64,000 bases of DNA, from assembly GCA_964452145.1 (NCBI GenBank), contig CAYVLA010000008.1, positions 1-64,000 of the forward strand, written 5' to 3'. A model generated the notes under the pieces. It made no database searches, was not told the DNA's origin, and saw nothing but the letters and a program-made list of their open reading frames with translations. Both the position numbers and the translations under genes were made by a program. Positions 57,756 to 64,000 of the stretch are shown here, piece after piece. Positions within the stretch are counted from its first letter, which is position 1. Each line of letters starts with the position of its first letter. This DNA is from Candidatus Hadarchaeota archaeon. GTDB lineage: Archaea; CAYQAE01; CAYVLA01.

Positions 57756-59033
57756 TCACTTCGGGGACTTCCTTGATATCTCCACGGGCGAGAAAGTTCT
57801 GGTCTTCCCCCCGTCGAGGCTGGCCTCCCCCATTATCATGAATCTGTCGATGTCTCTGAACTCCTCTCCAAGCCAAGGATAGTAGACCCCGGTCAGATTA
57901 AACCCGTACGTGGCGCCAGCCGCGATCTCCTTCAGTTCGATCATTCCTCCTCTGATCACGTCCAGATAGGGATCGTCGCTCTCCACCAACCCTCGCCCAT
58001 CCTTCGTCGACCCGCTCTCCCACTTCATGAAGGGCACTCCCGGGGTACCAACCCAGACTCCCCTGAAGCGCTTCCTTCTCGTGTCCCACTGGACGATGAA
58101 CTTGCTCGGGATCTGAAGATGAGCGGTCTCATTGCTGTAAAGCCCCAGATAGCGGAACGCTTCGGAGAGATCTATCCTCAACTCCTTGATGCTGGTGGCC
58201 ATGGCTCCGATGCGTATCATCGAAATCATGTCCGCGGGGGCCGCCTTGGCCCTATTCAGGGATTCCCGGATGACATCAATCGATCTGGCAAGCTCGAGCA
58301 GGTCCTTTCCAGTATAGTTGGAGTAGGCGGGATACCGGAAGTACCCGTGGTAGGTCACCGAGTAGCTCGTCAGCCCGCGGTTGACCTCGTTGGCAAGGGA
58401 GATGTAGAAGGTGCTCGAATTCTCTTCGGATATGCGGAGCGGCACGGAGTAGGCGGTGACCGAGTCCGGCCTGTTGTACAGGTAGATCCGGGAGACGAAG
58501 ATGAAGCCCGTGAAGACGACTAGGACCGTGAGCACGACCAGGGTCCTCCTATCCAGAACAAGAGGTTCGCCCTTGGTCATTCTTCGGGTGATGGAGATCT
58601 CCATCACATCCCGCCGCACATTCTCGGCAAGACCCGAGAAACCATGCTGTGCAACCACGCTCGCTGCGCCGGCACCGGCGATGAGAGCGGTCCAGATGAT
58701 GCCGTAGATGTTCACATCGTATATGAGGCCTCTGTCGAGCAGGTCGGTGGAGACCAGGAACTTCATGACGGCGTAAAAACCGACCAAGACAAGCCCGGTC
58801 GCGACCCACCACCCCAGCCGCTGGGACAGCTTCCCGACGACGCTCTGGAGAAAGAACGGAAGAATGATCCCGGAATAGACCACGACCGCGACCACGTAGA
58901 AGAGGCCTTGGATATCGGGCTTGAAGACGCTGTAGAGGATGACGAGGATGATTACCAGAAGGTAGAGGAAGAACAGCCTGTAATAAGGCGGGACGTATCT
59001 AAGCGTCTCTACCCATCTCTTGATTCCGCTCAA
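57756..59033 (-). CDS. Hypothetical membrane protein: ~5 TM followed by a large soluble domain
   Basis: Hydropathy pattern; 23-nt gap from the upstream gene. Confidence 0.7.
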   Translation of the reverse strand: MSGIKRWVETLRYVPPYYRLFFLYLLVIILVILYSVFKPDIQGLFYVVAVVVYSGIILPFFLQSVVGKLSQRLGWWVATGLVLVGFYAVMKFLVSTDLLDRGLIYDVNIYGIIWTALIAGAGAASVVAQHGFSGLAENVRRDVMEISITRRMTKGEPLVLDRRTLVVLTVLVVFTGFIFVSRIYLYNRPDSVTAYSVPLRISEENSSTFYISLANEVNRGLTSYSVTYHGYFRYPAYSNYTGKDLLELARSIDVIRESLNRAKAAPADMISMIRIGAMATSIKELRIDLSEAFRYLGLYSNETAHLQIPSKFIVQWDTRRKRFRGVWVGTPGVPFMKWESGSTKDGRGLVESDDPYLDVIRGGMIELKEIAAGATYGFNLTGVYYPWLGEEFRDIDRFMIMGEASLDGGKTRTFSPVEISRKSPK

Positions 59034-59056
59034 CGATCCACCCCGGAGGGGTAACT

Positions 59057-59899
59057 CTAGTCCTCGATCCTTACCCGGGTTTCCTCCCGCACGAGGACCC
59101 TTCCCCCTGGAGACGATCCCACCAAGCGGAATTCGGTGCCCAGGGAGGGATAGGCCTGACCGAGAACAAGCTCCTTTCCAACAATGTCGGCCTTGACCTT
59201 ATCGGTTATCTTCCTGACCAAGGCCGAAGGGAGACTGAAGGGCGATTTGAGAACGACGACCTTGGCATCCGACCCTTTGGCCCCCACCTCTTCGATCGGA
59301 ACTTCCTCCGCCCCCTTCGCTATCTTGAGTTTTCCCGAGCACTGCAGACAGTACCGCTGGGACTCGTCAAGGCACTCCGTGCAGACTCGCTTCGCACACT
59401 TCAGGCACTGGAAGCCCTTGGTCGGCTGGCCGCATATGGAACAGGTAGTGCACTCAATGCATCTGGTATCGTCGATCTGCACCTCCCCGCGCGAATCCAG
59501 AAACTTGCCCTCACAGCCCATGCCGAACCACCTTCCGCATCCGAAGCACTGCATCAGGGCGAATTCCACACGACACACCTCGCAAATCTGGGCCGCGCCG
59601 AAGCTCCCGACCATCTTTCGAGACCTGAGCTTGAAGGCCTGACCGCCAAGAGCTATGCCTACCCCGAAGAGCATGGGGAGCCATATCCTGGGGGACCACA
59701 CCTTAACCATGCTGAACATGAACAGCCCGGTGCCAACCAGCGCAATGCCGAGGAAGAGCAGAAGACCCGGGATCGTAGTGTCCAGAAGACCCATCGGTCC
59801 GCCTTCCTCCCCTCCTTGACCTGCCTCGCCCCCCTCGCCTCCGGCCATGCCACCCATGCCGAAGCCGAACCCGCCGAAGCCACCTCCTCCGAAACCCAT
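59057..59899 (-). CDS. Gly-rich, 2-TM, multi-CxxC zinc-binding protein with C-terminal CDC48/VAT-N-like domain
   Basis: GFGGGGFGG N-terminus; seven CxxC pairs; AKVVVL...G..L..G...EFRLV.SSP.G.V.V...TRV. Confidence 0.72.
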   Translation of the reverse strand: MGFGGGGFGGFGFGMGGMAGGEGGEAGQGGEEGGPMGLLDTTIPGLLLFLGIALVGTGLFMFSMVKVWSPRIWLPMLFGVGIALGGQAFKLRSRKMVGSFGAAQICEVCRVEFALMQCFGCGRWFGMGCEGKFLDSRGEVQIDDTRCIECTTCSICGQPTKGFQCLKCAKRVCTECLDESQRYCLQCSGKLKIAKGAEEVPIEEVGAKGSDAKVVVLKSPFSLPSALVRKITDKVKADIVGKELVLGQAYPSLGTEFRLVGSSPGGRVLVREETRVRIED

Positions 59900-59964
59900 C
59901 TCACATCACCTCTGATTTGCAGTTCGTATCTGAAATAGCTGCGCTTTCGCCGCCCGGGAGGCAC

Positions 59965-60984
59965 CTACTCGGCAACCGTCATCCTGGTGTCCCTCATCAC
60001 CCTCACGAGGCCGGATGGCTCCGTCCTGACTATCTCGAACTCTGCGTCCAGCAGCGAGATCTTGTCGCCCACCTTCACCTTCCTAGCATAAACGGCATTG
60101 AGAAGGTCATCATGTATCTGGTCGAGTATCCCCTGTGTCATCTTGGTGCTGGCCTCTATCCCGATCTCTTGCGCCTCGCCCAAGTCCTCTCGCTGCACCG
60201 ACTCACCTATGACCTTGCCGTCTCGAAGATAGGTGATGATATCGACGACGTCGGCAACCTTTGGATCGTGCGTGGCCACGATCACCGTCGTGCCCTCCTC
60301 CTTCTGCAGCTCCTTCATCAGATCGATGATTTCAAGGCCCGTCTTGGTGTCCAAGTTCCCGGTCGGCTCGTCTGCAAGCACCAGATCCGGGCGATTGACC
60401 AGAGCCCTAGCGATGGCCACCCTCTGTTGTTCACCCCCGCTCAACTCGGTCGGGCGGTGGTCGACCCTATCGCCCAGGCCTACCCTCTTGAGGAGGTCCA
60501 TGGCCCTTTCTCGCCTCTCCTCCTCCCCTATACCGGCGAAGACCATCGGGAGCTCCACGTTCTCGATGGCGGTCAGGACGGGGATCAGGTTGTAGATCTG
60601 GAAGATGAAACCAACGTTCTGCTGTCGAAGCTTGGAAAGGTGGGCCTGGTCCATCTTGGTGATCTCTCTTCCCGACATGAAGACCTTCCCGGATGTGGGC
60701 CTGTCGAGGCCGGAGATGACGTTCAGAAAGGTCGTCTTGCCGCTGCCCGAAGGCCCCATGAACGCAACGAAATCTCCTTTGGCAATCCTGGCGTTGACGC
60801 CGTCCAGAGCCCTGACCTCGATCTTGCTCCCCATGTCGAAGATCTTGCTGACATCCTGGGTCTCGATGACAAACTGCTCGGTTCCAGCCTTTGCTTCGGC
60901 TGCAGTAATGACCTTCTGTCTAACGGGCTTCTTTTCCTCGCCCTTCTCCTCAACTTCCTCTGATCTCTCTTCCTTACCACTCAT
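59965..60984 (-). CDS. LolD/MacB-type ABC ATPase with C-terminal CDC48/VAT-N-like extension
   Basis: GPSGSGKTT, LSGGEQQRVAIARAL, ADEPTGNLD, ATHD, plus a 70-aa tail. Confidence 0.9.
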   Translation of the reverse strand: MSGKEERSEEVEEKGEEKKPVRQKVITAAEAKAGTEQFVIETQDVSKIFDMGSKIEVRALDGVNARIAKGDFVAFMGPSGSGKTTFLNVISGLDRPTSGKVFMSGREITKMDQAHLSKLRQQNVGFIFQIYNLIPVLTAIENVELPMVFAGIGEEERRERAMDLLKRVGLGDRVDHRPTELSGGEQQRVAIARALVNRPDLVLADEPTGNLDTKTGLEIIDLMKELQKEEGTTVIVATHDPKVADVVDIITYLRDGKVIGESVQREDLGEAQEIGIEASTKMTQGILDQIHDDLLNAVYARKVKVGDKISLLDAEFEIVRTEPSGLVRVMRDTRMTVAE

Positions 60985-63334
60985 AGGTGAACGCCTCCAC
61001 GGGCTCCATCTTGGCAGCGCGCCTTGAAGGATAGATGCCCGCTGCTATTGCGACCGCCACGGCCAGCAGTATGCCCGCGATCCATCCAACCGCGAGCGTC
61101 GCGACAGGCAAGTGCAGCCCCGTCCTGCCGAAGTAGAAAGCCAAGGATGTTACGGTCCCCAACAAGCAGCCCAGCAGGCCGCCAAGAGCGCCGATGATCC
61201 CGGCTTCCGAGAGGAATACCCTCATGACCTCTCCCGGGGTCGCACCCACCGCCACCATGATTCCGATCTCCTTCGTCCTCTCCAGAACCGATGTCAGCAT
61301 CGCATTCGTTATGCCGAGGGCGCCGACCACGATGGCGAAGACTACGACCTGAAGTTGGTAAGCCTGGATGCTGTATCCGGGCGTGAGCTGCCTCTGGAAG
61401 GCCGATATGACGAGCAGGTTCACGAGCATCCCGATGCCGACCGTTATGCCGAGCGACGTCAGCATGCTTCGCAGCTTCCGCTTTCCCAGGTTTCTGGCGG
61501 CCATGGCTGAGTAGTAGGACTTTCTAACGACCCTTGATATCGTGCCGAAGACCTTCCCCTCATCTGCGCTTATGGCCCATTCGCCCCCAATGGCTTTTAT
61601 GGGGTCAAGGCTTCCCGCGAGCCTTGCCGGGAAAACCCCGGCGGCAACGCTGACCAGAGTGCCCATGGATACTGACGCCATTATCCAGAGCGGGTTCACC
61701 TTGAGCGCTATCGCCGGGACTCCGGGAAGCATGTGGGTCAGGAACGCTATGAGCGTCCCGACCAGGTAACCTCCCACGCCGCCCAACAAGCCGATTATCA
61801 GGAGTTCGAAGACGTACATGTCCATGATGTGCCACACCTCCGAACCCATTGCCCCCATTATGCCGACCTCTCTGACCCTCTCGTATATGGACAGAACGGT
61901 TGCGTTCATCACGACGATGATCGCGACAACGAGGGTGATCAGCACCGACTGCAGATGGGCGAGCTGGCTGGTCTTGACCTGTTCGGCCACTATGCTCGGC
62001 CCGCCTTCCTCGGTTATGACGAGCTTCGGGATCTGGGTATTCATGTCCCGCCGGCTTGCCACAGCTTCCGCAAGCTCGGCGGTTCTCTGTACCCTCTGGA
62101 TGTTGTCATCGCCTTCGAACTTCACCGTCACACTGGCCTCTTGGACGAACCCCTCGCGACAGCGAACGATCTCCTTGGCGGAGAGGTAGTGGACGTAGAT
62201 GTTCGCATTGTCCTTCCTCCTCGATGATATAAAGATCCCCACAACCCGGAGATAGCAGTCGTCGCCCACGGCATCGCCGTTGGCACCCTCCGTCCCGGCT
62301 GGGAGAAAGATCAGGTCGCCGTCTTGCGGACCGACCTTCGCTATCTTCAGATCGTACGCCTTCTCCACCCCTACTATCGCAGGATACACAGGACGGCCTT
62401 CGTATCCTCCCATCGCCCAGGTCTCAGGATCGAGGTACTCCCCGGTTGTGATCTCGATCTCCCTCTTCCTGTCCCCTATCTCCTCGGTGTAGGTGTACCA
62501 CAGACGGTACTGTAACGCCACGGCCTTGGTGAGGTCGTCATAGTTTTTCACCTTCACTTCCAGCATGTAAGTCCGGTAGGTCTTGTAGACGATCCCCGGT
62601 ATCTGGGTGAACCCCTCTTCGTTGATCTCGGCTATCTTCAGTGGTTCGCCGCCCTCGCCGTAGATCCTGAGGTTGAACGTGCCTGGGCTGGCACCGGGGA
62701 CAACCATGTAGCTGAGTTCGCCGTTGAAACCATGGCTCTCCTTCTCCTCAAGGACTCCTTCCGTTTCAAGGGTCGCATCTTTGCCGCGCAGAACCGAGAG
62801 GTTGAGATCCTCCCACTTCTCCCAATAGGGCTGGCCCGTGGTCTGGTTGACCCTGGGCGTACGCAACTTGGACTCGGCCAGCGGGTCTATGCCGACGAGG
62901 TTGATCAGACCGGGATACGTCGTGGCCGGATATCCGGGAATCCCGGGATGGACCACGGAGAACTTGTCGCCGACGAGCCTTCGAAGAAGCAGCTGCTCGC
63001 CGTTCTCATCGGGCGTACCGATCCGGACCGCCACGACGTCCACCAAATCGTTGGCCTTCAGCTCGTGAACAAGGCTCAGGGGGACGCGTCCGGTCCTTAT
63101 GCCGGCCCTGACCCAGCGGTTGGCCTCAACTATCAGGAAGTCGCAGAAGAAGGGATAGGGTTGCCGACCGGAGTGGAAGCTCGCTATCTGGGCACTTATC
63201 GTGTCCTCCACCGAGACTATGACAACGAAACAGGCGATTGCAAGCGTGATGCTCAGGATGGTTATGACGGAGCGGATTCTTCTTCTCCTGAAGTTTTTCC
63301 AAGCTATCCGGAACATCGGGTTTTCTAGAACCAC
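60974..63334 (-). CDS. MacB/FtsX-type ABC permease with two fused TM units
   Basis: KNFRRRRIRS and RNLGKRKLRS units; ERVREVG and ERTKEIG motifs; PA..A..LDP / PS..AA.MEP endings. Confidence 0.88.
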   Translation of the reverse strand: MVLENPMFRIAWKNFRRRRIRSVITILSITLAIACFVVIVSVEDTISAQIASFHSGRQPYPFFCDFLIVEANRWVRAGIRTGRVPLSLVHELKANDLVDVVAVRIGTPDENGEQLLLRRLVGDKFSVVHPGIPGYPATTYPGLINLVGIDPLAESKLRTPRVNQTTGQPYWEKWEDLNLSVLRGKDATLETEGVLEEKESHGFNGELSYMVVPGASPGTFNLRIYGEGGEPLKIAEINEEGFTQIPGIVYKTYRTYMLEVKVKNYDDLTKAVALQYRLWYTYTEEIGDRKREIEITTGEYLDPETWAMGGYEGRPVYPAIVGVEKAYDLKIAKVGPQDGDLIFLPAGTEGANGDAVGDDCYLRVVGIFISSRRKDNANIYVHYLSAKEIVRCREGFVQEASVTVKFEGDDNIQRVQRTAELAEAVASRRDMNTQIPKLVITEEGGPSIVAEQVKTSQLAHLQSVLITLVVAIIVVMNATVLSIYERVREVGIMGAMGSEVWHIMDMYVFELLIIGLLGGVGGYLVGTLIAFLTHMLPGVPAIALKVNPLWIMASVSMGTLVSVAAGVFPARLAGSLDPIKAIGGEWAISADEGKVFGTISRVVRKSYYSAMAARNLGKRKLRSMLTSLGITVGIGMLVNLLVISAFQRQLTPGYSIQAYQLQVVVFAIVVGALGITNAMLTSVLERTKEIGIMVAVGATPGEVMRVFLSEAGIIGALGGLLGCLLGTVTSLAFYFGRTGLHLPVATLAVGWIAGILLAVAVAIAAGIYPSRRAAKMEPVEAFTYEW

Positions 63335-63361
63335 CGACTCTCCACTCCGCAGCCGGAAGTT

Positions 63362-63463
63362 TCAGCCCCGGACATAGGCCAGATAGCCTATGACTAGGAT
63401 GACCATTACCCAGATAATGATCAGAAGGGTGTTGAAGCCCGTAACCATCTGAGTAAGGACCAC
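63362..63463 (-). CDS. 33-aa single-TM small protein
   Basis: MVLTQMVTGFNTLLIIIWVMVILVIGYLAYVRG*; GGAGGT SD. Confidence 0.65.
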   Translation of the reverse strand: MVLTQMVTGFNTLLIIIWVMVILVIGYLAYVRG

Positions 63464-63475
63464 GTCATCGACCTC

Positions 63476-63604
63476 CTATTCTCCCCAGAAATAGCCCCAG
63501 AGTATGAGGTAGAGGTGGAAGAACCCGTACGCCAGAAGTAGCATGAAGAACAACTTCGAAGCAACCTTGATCTCCGCGACACCTTGTGTCAGAGGCAACG
63601 GCAT
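63476..63604 (-). CDS. 42-aa single-TM small protein
   Basis: MPLPLTQGVAEIKVASKLFFMLLLAYGFFHLYLILWGYFWGE*; GGAGGT SD. Confidence 0.65.
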   Translation of the reverse strand: MPLPLTQGVAEIKVASKLFFMLLLAYGFFHLYLILWGYFWGE

Positions 63605-63617
63605 TCATCCCGACCTC

Positions 63618-63821
63618 CTACTCTTCCTCCAGGCTTTCCCTTACTTTCTGCTCGTAGTATCTCTGCTTCATCCTGCGCTCATCGTACCAGAAGATCAGTA
63701 CCCCTACCAGCGCAAGACCCACAACGGCAAGCATCAGCAGCAGATCCATCCACAGGAACCTGGTTCCCGGGAAGATCGGCTTCCTCATCGCCGGTAACAG
63801 CCGCGTGACAACGCTCAGCAT
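63618..63821 (-). CDS. 67-aa single-TM small protein
   Basis: TM segment then charged tail YDERRMKQRYYEQKVRESLEEE; GGTGAAGGAG SD. Confidence 0.68.
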   Translation of the reverse strand: MLSVVTRLLPAMRKPIFPGTRFLWMDLLLMLAVVGLALVGVLIFWYDERRMKQRYYEQKVRESLEEE

Positions 63822-63832
63822 ATCTCCTTCAC

Positions 63833-64000
63833 CTACCACAGTTCTCCTCTTTCGGCCTTCTCCTTCAACCTGTTCATCATATCCACGGTCAGGTAAACGA
63901 AGACGACAACAAGGGCCCCTATCACTATGAAAGCGGTGATGCCCCACCCGGGCTTCCCGAAGAGGATTCTGAACTGTCCCTTATCCGGAACGTTCCTTGT
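63833..64000 (-). CDS. 3' part of a membrane protein truncated by the window end
   Basis: ...ILFGKPGWGITAFIVIGALVVVFVYLTVDMMNRLKEKAERGELW*. Confidence 0.6.
   Translation of the reverse strand, partial: TRNVPDKGQFRILFGKPGWGITAFIVIGALVVVFVYLTVDMMNRLKEKAERGELW

Noticed and set aside
59917..60963. 348-aa + strand ORF, and similar ORFs opposite the other ABC ATPases
   Set aside because: Typical antisense frames of ABC NBD genes
1..64000. CRISPR arrays, tRNAs, transposases, integrases, defence systems
   Set aside because: None recognised by eye; short or intron-split tRNAs cannot be fully excluded without a covariance-model scan

Overview
GC-rich archaeal chromosomal window. Archaeal origin is supported by FEN-1 with a PIP box, archaeal-type POR gamma-delta-alpha-beta, TATA-box promoters and bulge-helix-bulge (BHB) RNA motifs. 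Main content: a complete, contiguous Ehb-type (group 4) energy-converting [NiFe]-hydrogenase operon, a pyruvate:ferredoxin oxidoreductase operon, purF-purD, a NikR-like regulator with a ZnuABC-type transporter, many carbohydrate-type and uncharacterised enzymes, and a PEP carboxykinase fused to an HPr-kinase-like domain. The most striking feature is absent from the ORF track: a stand-alone 5S rRNA gene (- strand, ~27220-27364) with a 26-nt insertion in loop C. The insertion forms a canonical BHB, and removing it at the standard BHB cut sites restores a normal 119-nt 5S, so it is a candidate 5S rRNA intron. The whole 5S also sits in a processing stem with a second BHB. At the right end is an uncharacterised membrane operon: small single-pass proteins, a MacB/FtsX-type permease, and both a LolD-type ATPase and a Zn-finger membrane protein ending in a shared CDC48/VAT-N-like domain. 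All family assignments come from motif recognition by eye; no searches were run.
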